A stretch of 28,119 nucleotides of DNA from an uncultured Nitrospiraceae bacterium (GCA_963705105.1 CAVPIW010000015.1:1-28119), one strand, 5' to 3'; shown: positions 1 to 7,751, counted from the stretch's first letter. Program-made: numbers and translations. The notes: generated by a model from the sequence alone, not told the origin.

Positions 1-53
1 CGCCAGAACTCACGGGCGGGCAATCGCCCGTCCCGTGGAGTGAAATGTTGTAC
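1..53 (-). mobile_element. attC: attC site (minus strand), cut by the window edge at the crossover G
   Basis: Reverse complement reads GTACAAC-ATTTC-ACTCCACG-GGACGGGCGATTGCCCGCC-CGTGAGT-TCTGGC-G: R'', 5-nt spacer, 8-nt L'' with extra base, 7-nt L', spacer, G. It follows the stop of the minus-strand gene 76-840. Confidence 0.85.
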
Positions 54-75
54 CTTATTCTAAATTTTGATTACA

Positions 76-840
76 CTATTTTTCAGTTGCTGTTTTCCCC
101 AAGAGTTGGTCGGCCAATTGCTGAGCACACATGTCTGCTGCTTGACCGAATTTTGCTTTTAAAAGACTACAGTTATTCGCTATCAGCTCGTCCCATGTTG
201 AACTGGTTGTTAGGGTTTCATTTTCATCAAATTTACAATAACCAAGCCACATAACTCTTGAATCTTGCAAACGGATTAGCCGCGAGCGTATCGAATAGAT
301 GATAAAATAACGGCTAGTAGTCCACCTGGTCCATGGCTTGGGAAAGAGAGTCCAATGATGGGTTTTAAAATCCATCACCAACTCATTACCAAATTTACTC
401 CTCAATGCATCCAGTTCATCGCTTTCCAAACGCTCTGGAACAACACGGAAAGTTTTTATTTCCATTTGAGCCGACCAACTGTCAATTACCCTTTCTCTGA
501 CCCTTATTGAAGGGTCTTCCAAAGAACATTGCTCCTTCAGTTTTTCTCCCTCGGCTTTAGCTATCTCAACAGATGCAAGACCACCAAGAATACCGCCAAT
601 CGCGACTCCTACATCAGATATAGGTGTTTGAGCACTAAGCGAGGGGGATGAATAATGGACTACGTGAATTAATGGTTGATCCTTCAACTGTTCCAATTCA
701 TTACGGTCAATTGAGACGAATGAAGGAGCACATCCTTGACCTAACACAGACAAGATCAAAACAATCAATATGGTTCCAATGCCTGTGACGTGACGAGAGG
801 GTAAAAATAAAAACGTGGAATTATTTCTATTTTTCTTCAT
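76..840 (-). CDS. Cassette-borne hypothetical lipoprotein
   Basis: 254-aa ORF with basic N-terminus, hydrophobic stretch and lipobox-like LGQG-C; purine-rich RBS; AT-rich; bounded by (A)TTGTAC at 883-877 and attC 1-53. Confidence 0.75.
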   Translation of the reverse strand: MKKNRNNSTFLFLPSRHVTGIGTILIVLILSVLGQGCAPSFVSIDRNELEQLKDQPLIHVVHYSSPSLSAQTPISDVGVAIGGILGGLASVEIAKAEGEKLKEQCSLEDPSIRVRERVIDSWSAQMEIKTFRVVPERLESDELDALRSKFGNELVMDFKTHHWTLFPKPWTRWTTSRYFIIYSIRSRLIRLQDSRVMWLGYCKFDENETLTTSSTWDELIANNCSLLKAKFGQAADMCAQQLADQLLGKTATEK

Positions 841-889
841 ATTCCCTATCCCCCTTGTTATACAAATTTATTCAAAGTACAATAAATGA

Positions 890-1137
890 TGGGGCGAGGA
901 TATTTAAAATGTCCCTGCCCACGATAAATAACGACAAATACAATGGGCAGGGACTATGAACGACAATAAGGAGGCCTCGCCCCATCAGGGGCCGCTGTGC
1001 TTGCACCGCCAGCGTCTCGCTGTGCGTCCTCTGATAGAGGCCGCCCATCAAGCCACTGGAGCGCACTGCGTCCTGCGGCTACCAGCCCACAACTTCGTGG
1101 GCTTCCCGCCTCCGTCGCAGCCGCTCAGCGGCCCCTG
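890..1137 (+). repeat. 248-bp ORF-less structured element, copy 1
   Basis: Matches 2871-3118 except one base (ctgcggct vs ctgcagct). Nested inverted repeats tggggcgagg/cctcgcccca, gtccctgccca/tgggcagggac and caggggccgctg/cagcggcccctg; ends in G|TTATGC. Confidence 0.95.
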
Positions 1138-1162
1138 TTATGCACATATTGACCAAAAGGAT

Positions 1163-1639
1163 ATGAATAGAATATTCGATGTAGTTCGTAGCAATGCGGC
1201 AGCATCTTGGACAGTTTCACTTGCCATAGGCTTTTTCTATTACTACGGCTACGCTCTTTCGCGAGTGATCATAAGACCCCTAATTATTTCTTGGTCTCCC
1301 AAATTCATTTTCGATCCAACGGCTGGTTCAAGTGTGGAAAGGGTGGCTCTCTTCAATGTCTTTGAGTCAGCAGCAGTCGCGATCCCCGTAGGCATTATAT
1401 TATCACTCCTCCTTTGTGCTATTTTTCAGAAAAAAGCTGCGGTCCATGGCACTGCCTCCATTCTGATCTTTCTGTTCATGTTTGCCATGCTAATCGGTTT
1501 GCGGTTGTCTTCTGAGAATGATCCATTGTGGTGGATAAGAGTCATCAAGCCGATTTCCGCCGCCATAGTCTTCGGACTGGTACTATGGTTAATAACCAAA
1601 AGCAAGGTTTGCTTAACAAGCGGGTCGAGGCGAGCGTGA
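1163..1639 (+). CDS. Cassette-borne hypothetical membrane protein (about 4 TM)
   Basis: ATG at 1163 after AAAGGA. The longer ORF from 956 merely reads through the repeat. Hydrophobic segments; stop lies inside the attC. Confidence 0.7.
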   Translation: MNRIFDVVRSNAAASWTVSLAIGFFYYYGYALSRVIIRPLIISWSPKFIFDPTAGSSVERVALFNVFESAAVAIPVGIILSLLLCAIFQKKAAVHGTASILIFLFMFAMLIGLRLSSENDPLWWIRVIKPISAAIVFGLVLWLITKSKVCLTSGSRRA

Positions 1640-1695
1640 ATAGCCCTGCCTCTTTCTTGGGGTGAGTGCCCGCCGCCTCACCCTTTTCGTTAGGC
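1611..1695 (+). mobile_element. attC: attC site
   Basis: GCTTAAC...GTTAGGC ends with imperfect palindrome (gaggcg...cgcctc); R'' nearly complements GTTATGC at the cassette start. Confidence 0.8.
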
Positions 1696-1720
1696 CATAT
1701 CATCAAGCGGATGGAAATAT

Positions 1721-2575
1721 ATGCCTGTTGTTAAAGTAAAGGATTTTCAGATCAATTATTAGATCACTTGCGATGCTGAAAGTCCAACACTGTTGTTGGT
1801 TCCAGGCTTTGGCGAGCAAATTGGTTCGGTTGAATACCCAAAGGAACAATGTCACGTATTCGCCGATCATGGTTTCCGAGTTGTGAGGATGGAGAACCGG
1901 GACAGTGGGATTTCGAGACCTACTGTTGGCGATGAACAAATTCAGCCCTATAGTCTGAAAGACACAGCAGATGATGTAGCAGCCGTCATCAATGATATAG
2001 GGGAACCGGTGCATTTGATAGGTGCCTCTATGGGAGGATTTATTGTTAGATGGGCTGCTGTTCGTCATCCAGACAAGATCAAAACGCTAACCGTAGTGAT
2101 GAGCGGAAGTGGTGCAGGACCTCAGGATAATGGACCGCAAATGTCAAAAGCCGCTGCGGATGAGGTGAGTGGATACCTTCAGCACCGTTCCCGTGACGAG
2201 CAAATTGCATGGAACTTAGATATTTGGCGTTGGAGCTGGGGGAACAAGTATCCATTTCCGGCAGAATGGATTATAGAGTGCTTGGGTCACGCCTACGATA
2301 GATCTTACAACCCAGAAGGCAATGCTCGCCTTTTACATGCCCTCATAAGTACTCAGGGGCTTTGGGATGCTCAGAAAAAGATTTCCTGTCCTACTTTGGT
2401 TATGCACGGTGGAGAGGATCCAGTCTTCTCTCAGGAACACGGAGAGGCAATCGCCGCACGCATACATAATGCAGAGTTGTGGCTGGATCAGAAAATGGGT
2501 CATATTATGCACCAAGAGCAATGGGAGGATATGGCAAGTCGTGTGGCGAAATTAGCGGGACTCACACTTCGTTAA
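1721..2575 (+). pseudogene. Alpha/beta-fold hydrolase with in-frame TAG at codon 14
   Basis: GASMGG nucleophile motif, HGGEDP and GH motifs. In-frame upstream start MPVVKVKDFQINY* (TAG 1760-1762) continues ITCDAESPTLLLVPG into the 1793-2575 ORF. Confidence 0.7.
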
Positions 2576-2804
2576 TTACTCAAAGTGCGTACTGCTATTG
2601 AATAAAAATAAGATGCTCAACTCGCGCTACGGTGATTTTGGGCAAAGAGTTTTGAAGGTGGAAGCTTTTCTTACCCACAATAGCACATGGAAAGTAGTCG
2701 GTGCTCTCAACTACTTGCATCACAATCATTATGAGAAATTTAAGACGGTTGCGCCATTTTTAACGCCAGAAAGAGAACCAGGCTCATTCTATATCCAAAA
2801 AATC

Positions 2805-2870
2805 GCCTAACAAGGCGCTGCACCGGACGGCAATTCCGCTGCGCTCCATTGCCGCCGGTGAGCTTTGTCG
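2805..2870 (+). mobile_element. attC: attC site joined at its crossover G to the 248-bp element
   Basis: GCCTAAC-AAGGC-GCTGCACC...GGTGAGC-TTTGTC-G; canonical L''/L' with extrahelical bases; R'' complements GTTAGGC at 1689. Confidence 0.9.
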
Positions 2871-3118
2871 TGGGGCGAGGATATTTAAAATGTCCCTGCC
2901 CACGATAAATAACGACAAATACAATGGGCAGGGACTATGAACGACAATAAGGAGGCCTCGCCCCATCAGGGGCCGCTGTGCTTGCACCGCCAGCGTCTCG
3001 CTGTGCGTCCTCTGATAGAGGCCGCCCATCAAGCCACTGGAGCGCACTGCGTCCTGCAGCTACCAGCCCACAACTTCGTGGGCTTCCCGCCTCCGTCGCA
3101 GCCGCTCAGCGGCCCCTG
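2871..3118 (+). repeat. 248-bp ORF-less structured element, copy 2
   Basis: Direct repeat of 890-1137; starts right after the attC G and ends in G|TTAGGT. Confidence 0.95.
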
Positions 3119-3131
3119 TTAGGTGGTGCCA

Positions 3132-3923
3132 ATGAACTCTGCAATGGTCGGTGCATTGGCCGCGGCAATTGTAGTGCCCATCGTTATGGCACTGCTAGCT
3201 AAGGCGTTCCCGCCAACTGTTACTGCCCAATCCGGAGCCTCTCTTGAAACTTTGAAGCCCAAATTCGCAAAATGGGAGGTGCGCCTCTCGCTCCTGTATG
3301 TAGCGTTGTGGATTCCAGTGACAGGTGCGATCTGGCTACCCCTTCAAGCCACCTCTGACTTCACCGCAAGCCTCCTCGGACCTGCGGATTTCCGGATTAC
3401 CCCCGGTGCCACCTTCTGGTTCATCCCGGCCTTCTTTCTCGCACTAGCCGTAGCGGCCGTTCCACTCAAGTGGGTCGCGGCAAGGCTATTAGGCCCCGAT
3501 TACACCGAATACGAAACATATCTCGCGTTGAAACACCGAATCGACTTTGCGCGCGTGAACCGTCTCACCTGCTGGGCCGTCGGATGGCTTGTCGGGATTA
3601 TCGTGGCCCTTGGACTGAACTGGTACGTTCTGATCCGCTCCGACGCTTTCGTAATCAATCCACTCTTCAGCTTCAGCGAGACCGTGCATCCGTACAGCGA
3701 TGTTCAAGCAATACAAACTGCACCGCAGCTTATCGCGCCAAATGGCAACATCGTCCGAAGACGAGAATTTCTCATCAGATTCCGTGACAGAAGCATATGG
3801 TCCACTCAGAATCTTCCAGTCACTTTGAATGAATCAGAGAAACGTACAATGCTGGAAAAGGTCGCGGAGCGAGCCGGCTTACCGATTGAGGAATTGCAAT
3901 CGTTCGGGAAAGGAGTCCTGTAA
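3132..3923 (+). CDS. Cassette-borne hypothetical membrane protein
   Basis: Long ORF, ATG after AGGTGG, about 4 hydrophobic segments plus soluble C-terminal domain, followed by attC. Confidence 0.75.
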   Translation: MNSAMVGALAAAIVVPIVMALLAKAFPPTVTAQSGASLETLKPKFAKWEVRLSLLYVALWIPVTGAIWLPLQATSDFTASLLGPADFRITPGATFWFIPAFFLALAVAAVPLKWVAARLLGPDYTEYETYLALKHRIDFARVNRLTCWAVGWLVGIIVALGLNWYVLIRSDAFVINPLFSFSETVHPYSDVQAIQTAPQLIAPNGNIVRRREFLIRFRDRSIWSTQNLPVTLNESEKRTMLEKVAERAGLPIEELQSFGKGVL

Positions 3924-3950
3924 TGAGGCGCTATCTAACAGTAATATGGC

Positions 3951-4047
3951 GCCTAACTTCTCGGTCAACCGGACGCCCAACCGGCTTGCGCCGTTTGGGT
4001 TCCCTCCGCGCTGCGCGCTCCGGCGCCGGTTACCTCCAACGTTAACC
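3951..4047 (+). mobile_element. attC: attC site
   Basis: GCCTAAC-TTCTC-GGTCAACCGG...CCGGTTACC-TCCAAC-GTTAACC. Confidence 0.85.
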
Positions 4048-4061
4048 CCACAAAACAAATA

Positions 4062-4090
4062 TGGACAGATCGCACGTATCCCCCTATAAT
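4062..4090 (+). promoter_or_regulatory. Sigma70-type promoter of the toxin-antitoxin cassette
   Basis: TGGACA-17 nt-TATAAT just upstream of ATG 4107. Confidence 0.7.
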
Positions 4091-4106
4091 TTAAGAGAGA
4101 CTTGAT

Positions 4107-4364
4107 ATGCCGACAGTCAGGAACATCGCGGGACCATACCGATTCTTCTTTTACAGTTTCGACTGCAATGAACGAACGCATGTCCACATTCAGAGAGAAA
4201 GGATGGTCTGCAAATTCTGGATTCAACCGGTGGCTCTATCGAGGAATCAGGGGTTTGCGCCGAAAGAACTCAACATTATACGGGGGATAATCTTAAAGAA
4301 CAGAGACAAGATCACGGAGGCATGGAATGAACACTGCGGTACAAATACAGGAAGTGCGAATTAA
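4107..4364 (+). CDS. DUF4160-family protein (putative TA partner)
   Basis: MPTV...GPYRFFFYSFD..E..HVH...KFW pattern typical of DUF4160; overlaps the next gene. Confidence 0.85.
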   Translation: MPTVRNIAGPYRFFFYSFDCNERTHVHIQRERMVCKFWIQPVALSRNQGFAPKELNIIRGIILKNRDKITEAWNEHCGTNTGSAN

Positions 4365-4677
4365 GGATATAGACGTCACCGAAGACTCCATTACGGCCCA
4401 TCTTATGGATGGGAGGACAATCAGTGTTCCGCTTGCCTGGTCATGGAGGTTGTCGGAGGCTACGCCGAAACAGCGGGCAAACTGGGAGATCATCGGAGAC
4501 GGCCATGGTGTGCATTGGACCGATATTGATGAAGATATCAGTGCCGAAGGCATGCTTTACGGTATTCCCGCTCCCAGGCCTCGGGAGTCTTCCAAATTGA
4601 ATCCGAAGCCAGCAAAGAAGAAACCCGCGGTTAACAAGGGCATCCAGCGGACCGCCAAGAAAGCCGGCTCCCGCTGA
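4327..4677 (+). CDS. DUF2442-family protein (putative TA partner)
   Basis: LMDGRTISVPLAW...L..AT..QR.NW....G.GVHW.DIDEDIS signature; standard partner of DUF4160. Confidence 0.85.
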   Translation: MNTAVQIQEVRIKDIDVTEDSITAHLMDGRTISVPLAWSWRLSEATPKQRANWEIIGDGHGVHWTDIDEDISAEGMLYGIPAPRPRESSKLNPKPAKKKPAVNKGIQRTAKKAGSR

Positions 4678-4691
4678 AGCCCACGTCAGCG
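4629..4691 (+). mobile_element. attC: attC site with variant R' (GTC)
   Basis: GGTTAAC (complements GTTAACC at 4041)...cagcgg/ccgctg stem...GTCAGCG. Confidence 0.75.
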
Positions 4692-4703
4692 AAAGGAGAA
4701 AAC

Positions 4704-5387
4704 ATGAAACGTTCTATACGATTGCTGCTCACCATAACATTCTTCCTGCTGGTGTCGATCGTATATGCCCAGCCGCCCGGCAGTGAGTTGCTGGAAGGCA
4801 AAGACACCGTAACTGCCGTCGTTCTTGCACATGGGAGAGGCGAAGGACCGGACGGGAAGGTTGTCGGTCTGCTGCGCAAAGCCATTAACAAAGAGCTTGG
4901 TTTCTACACGCTTTCGCTTCAAATGCCAGTGCTTCCCGTTAAGGATTTCCGAGCCTATGCCCCAACTTTTCCGGATGCCTATAAAACCATCCAGGCAGCC
5001 ATCGATTACCTAACGAGGGAGAAAGGTGTGAAGCGGATCTATCTAATGGGTTACAGTATGGGGGCACGGATGACCACTTCCTTTATTGTTGAAAGGCCAA
5101 CGCCGGTGATTGTTGGGTACATAGGCGTAGGACTCTTGGAAGGTGGAGGTAAGCCATTAGACGCGAATCAGAACCTGTCGGGCATTCGACTATCGGTAAT
5201 TGACATCTTCGCCGACCAAACGCCTCTCGATCTGAAGAGCGCTGAAAACCGGCGCTCGATGATCTCAGATGCGTTTAAACAGGTCAGAATCTCCGGTGCA
5301 GATCACAGTTTTCTGGGCTACGATGAACAGATCGTTCGAGCTGTCGTTGAATGGTTGACGGAGCGAGAAGGAAAGAAGCCACGCTAA
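4704..5387 (+). CDS. Secreted alpha/beta-hydrolase family protein (cassette)
   Basis: Signal peptide, LAHG, GYSMGA, GADH motifs; RBS AAGGAG; stop TAA lies in R'' of the attC. Confidence 0.8.
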   Translation: MKRSIRLLLTITFFLLVSIVYAQPPGSELLEGKDTVTAVVLAHGRGEGPDGKVVGLLRKAINKELGFYTLSLQMPVLPVKDFRAYAPTFPDAYKTIQAAIDYLTREKGVKRIYLMGYSMGARMTTSFIVERPTPVIVGYIGVGLLEGGGKPLDANQNLSGIRLSVIDIFADQTPLDLKSAENRRSMISDAFKQVRISGADHSFLGYDEQIVRAVVEWLTEREGKKPR

Positions 5388-5439
5388 CACTCGTTCACGG
5401 GATCGCGTTCCACGCTCCCCGAGATTCTTAGCGTTCGTC
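5382..5439 (+). mobile_element. attC: attC site (short, imperfect)
   Basis: CGCTAAC...cggg.gcgt/acgc.cccg...GTTCGTC. Confidence 0.65.
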
Positions 5440-5457
5440 AGATCTAGGGAGAATGCA

Positions 5458-5679
5458 ATGAAGGAGAAGACCGCATGGGAGCGCGGTTTCGTCGGAACGG
5501 AACTCAGGCTGCTCTTTCGCCTTGCGGGGCTGTCTGTCGTCAACATGTGGGGCGGAACGGCCGGCAACTGGGGGAGACGAACTCTCGACTTGGACGAGTA
5601 TGAAATCATGATTGTGGCAACCAAGACTGCCGAACCGTCGGCCGGTGCGGACACGCTATTGCGCACCGCACAGCCGTAA
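5458..5679 (+). pseudogene. Probable C-terminal fragment of a class I SAM methyltransferase (mini-cassette)
   Basis: 73 aa, ERGF..TEL.LLF.LAGL.V...WGGTAG resembles methyltransferase C-termini; no GxGxG motif. Confidence 0.5.
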
Positions 5680-5687
5680 CGTTGCTA
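5629..5687 (+). mobile_element. attC: attC site
   Basis: GCCGAAC...gtgcgg/ccgcac stem...GTTGCTA; R'' nearly complements GTTCGTC at 5433. Confidence 0.7.
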
Positions 5688-5746
5688 ACAGGACATACAA
5701 GTAGGAGTCTGAAGCTTCAAATGTTTAGCGAAGGAGGAAATTGTCC

Positions 5747-6187
5747 ATGGACTATTTTCAAATGACCGCTCCATGCGGCCTGGATTGTTTCAATTGCCAT
5801 TTCTATTTGGCCAAAGAGAACCGGGAATCCATGGCTGTAGTTGAGAAAATATCCAGCGAATACAAGATTCCGGTTGAGGCAATGCTTTGTAAAGGTTGTC
5901 GCAGCCACAATGGCCAAATACCAATTCAAAAACAAGTCTTCGGTGAAGCGCATCATTGTGCAGCCTATGAATGTTCCCACGAAAAGGGTTTCAGATTTTG
6001 CGGCGACTGCGATCAGTTTCCCTGCGACAACCTGCATCCATATGCTGACAAGGCTGGCGATCTGCCCCACAATATCAAAGTGTTCAATCTGTGCTTGATT
6101 AAGAAGATGGGCTTGGAAAGATGGGCCGAGCATAAGGCCGCTGAAGTACGCAAAGTCTACTTCACCAAACCTTGGACCCTGGTGTGA
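5747..6187 (+). CDS. DUF3795-family cysteine-rich protein
   Basis: APCGLDCFNC, CKGC, C..Y.C......FCGDC..FPC motifs; RBS AGGAGG. Confidence 0.85.
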   Translation: MDYFQMTAPCGLDCFNCHFYLAKENRESMAVVEKISSEYKIPVEAMLCKGCRSHNGQIPIQKQVFGEAHHCAAYECSHEKGFRFCGDCDQFPCDNLHPYADKAGDLPHNIKVFNLCLIKKMGLERWAEHKAAEVRKVYFTKPWTLV

Positions 6188-6301
6188 TCTCTCGATCCGT
6201 TTGAATTAGCTTGAAAAACCAGGAAATTGAACAGCAAAATGCAGCGGAGCGTGGAACGATCTGACAGCACGATCCCGTCCCGGGAGGTCTCCGGTTAGAC
6301 C

Positions 6302-6850
6302 ATGCACATCTGCCCGTCATATTTGTCTTTCATCCTGTACAACCCGATCCGCAAGTTATTTACCGACAGGGCAAGGATTGTCTTGGAGGCGGGGGTGAAT
6401 GAATCCTCGGTCGTCCTGGAGGCGGGCGCCGGAAACGGCTTTCTGACGGAGGTCCTGGTGCAGCGGGCGTCCAAAGTTCTCGCCATGGACGTGCAGCAGG
6501 GCATGGTGAAGAAGCTCAGGAGACGGATGTCGGCATATGGCGACAGGGTCGACGTCATTCTCGGTGATGTCGCGACGTATGCATTGAAGGAAGAGTCCAT
6601 CGACGTGGCCATTTTCCTGTACAGCTTCCACGAGATCACCAATCAAACAGGGGCGGTCCTCAATATGGCGAAGGCAGTCAGGCCTGGAGGCTTCGTCGCC
6701 GTCTACGAACCGAAGGTCGAAGTGAACCGGCGGGACATGGAGAATCTGGTCGAAAAGTTCGAATTCATGGGGTTCGAAAAGGACAGGGAGCACGAAAACA
6801 TGTTCACGAGATTCGCCAGGCTGAGGAAGGTGAGAAGGGTGGTGGTCTGA
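6302..6850 (+). CDS. Class I SAM-dependent methyltransferase
   Basis: VLEAGAGNG motif I, AMD, HEI, RPGG motifs. Confidence 0.85.
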   Translation: MHICPSYLSFILYNPIRKLFTDRARIVLEAGVNESSVVLEAGAGNGFLTEVLVQRASKVLAMDVQQGMVKKLRRRMSAYGDRVDVILGDVATYALKEESIDVAIFLYSFHEITNQTGAVLNMAKAVRPGGFVAVYEPKVEVNRRDMENLVEKFEFMGFEKDREHENMFTRFARLRKVRRVVV

Positions 6851-6860
6851 ATGCGGGGAG

Positions 6861-7625
6861 GTGAGAGTGGAAATGATGAGCTATGAGGAACGCCTCGGCA
6901 AGGCCGTTCGTCTCGTCTTGGCATCGCAGAGAATCGTCGCCTTTACCGGGGCTGGCATATCGACGGAATCGGGACTGTCCGATTTCCGGAGTCCCGGCGG
7001 GATCTGGGAGCGCCACAGGATCGTCATGTTCCAGGAATTCGTCGCCAGTCATGACGCCCGCGTGGAGGCCTGGACGATGAGGAGGGAATTAAACCGTCAG
7101 ATGATGAGCGCCCGGCCCAACAAGGCCCATCTTGCCCTTGCAGCGCTTGAAAGGAAAGGAAAACTCAGCTGCCTCATCACGCAGAACATCGACGGTCTCC
7201 ACCAGGAGGCGGGCAGTTCGAACGTGATCGAGCTCCACGGGACGAACAGGAAGGCCCTTTGCCTCTCCTGCGGGAAGACGTGGCCGATGGGGGACATTCA
7301 AAGGCTGCTCGATGCGGGCAATCTCGACCCATCATGTGATGACTGCAAAGGGATCATAAAGCCCGCGACTGTCTCCTTCGGGCAGGCTATGCCGGAGCGG
7401 GAGATGGAACTCGCCTATACATACTCGTCAAAGTGCGATCTCTTCATCATGATCGGCTCGTCTCTTCAGGTCGAGCCGGCTGCATCGTATCCGCGGCTTG
7501 CTCACAGGGCTGGGGCAAGGCTCATCTTCGTCAACAGGACGGAAACACCCTGGGATCATATCGCATCCGTGCTATTTCAGGAAGATGCCGGAAAGGCGCT
7601 CGGAGACATGTCCGAGATGGTCTGA
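6861..7625 (+). CDS. cobB: Sir2-family NAD-dependent protein deacylase
   Basis: TGAGISTESG, TQNIDGLH, ELHG, two CxxC, GSSLQV motifs. Confidence 0.93.
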   Translation: MRVEMMSYEERLGKAVRLVLASQRIVAFTGAGISTESGLSDFRSPGGIWERHRIVMFQEFVASHDARVEAWTMRRELNRQMMSARPNKAHLALAALERKGKLSCLITQNIDGLHQEAGSSNVIELHGTNRKALCLSCGKTWPMGDIQRLLDAGNLDPSCDDCKGIIKPATVSFGQAMPEREMELAYTYSSKCDLFIMIGSSLQVEPAASYPRLAHRAGARLIFVNRTETPWDHIASVLFQEDAGKALGDMSEMV

Positions 7626-7639
7626 CAGCGCGGCTGCAT

Positions 7640-7669
7640 TTGAAATTCGCGGTCCGTTAATGATACATT
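7640..7669 (+). promoter_or_regulatory. Putative tRNA promoter
   Basis: TTGAAA-18 nt-TACATT with TG extension, 9 nt before the tRNA. Confidence 0.5.
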
Positions 7670-7678
7670 TAAAGTCAC

Positions 7679-7751
7679 GGGCGGTTAGCTCAGTTGGGAG
7701 AGCGCCAGAATCGCACTCTGGAGGCCGAGGGTTCGACCCCCTTACCGTCCA
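7679..7751 (+). tRNA. tRNA-Ala (anticodon CGC), CCA not encoded
   Basis: Acceptor GGGCGGT/ACCGTCC with G3:U70, D arm GCTC/GAGC, anticodon stem CCAGA/TCTGG with loop ATCGCAC, T loop TTCGA. Confidence 0.95.

Noticed and set aside
866..887. atttatt-N8-aataaat as a dif/Xer-like site
   Set aside because: Short AT-rich palindrome that does not match XerC/XerD arms and overlaps the cassette start.
890..1137. 248-bp element as a group II intron remnant or IS1111-attC element
   Set aside because: No domain V/VI-like sequence or GTGYG start, no RT or transposase, and the junction is exactly at the R' crossover. Not fully excluded without a search.
872..1162. ORFs 872-1066, 956-start extension, 2784-3047, 2937-3122 and 2978-3202 within the 248-bp repeats
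   Set aside because: They differ in length and stop between copies, lack recognisable motifs and cross cassette boundaries; probably incidental.
1..6300. Integron integrase gene or a canonical attI
   Set aside because: No tyrosine recombinase ORF in any frame; attI cannot be assigned from sequence alone.
6861..7625. Sir2 protein as an anti-phage effector (ThsA/DSR type)
   Set aside because: Single-domain, zinc-binding, CobB-sized housekeeping-type sirtuin without defence partners.
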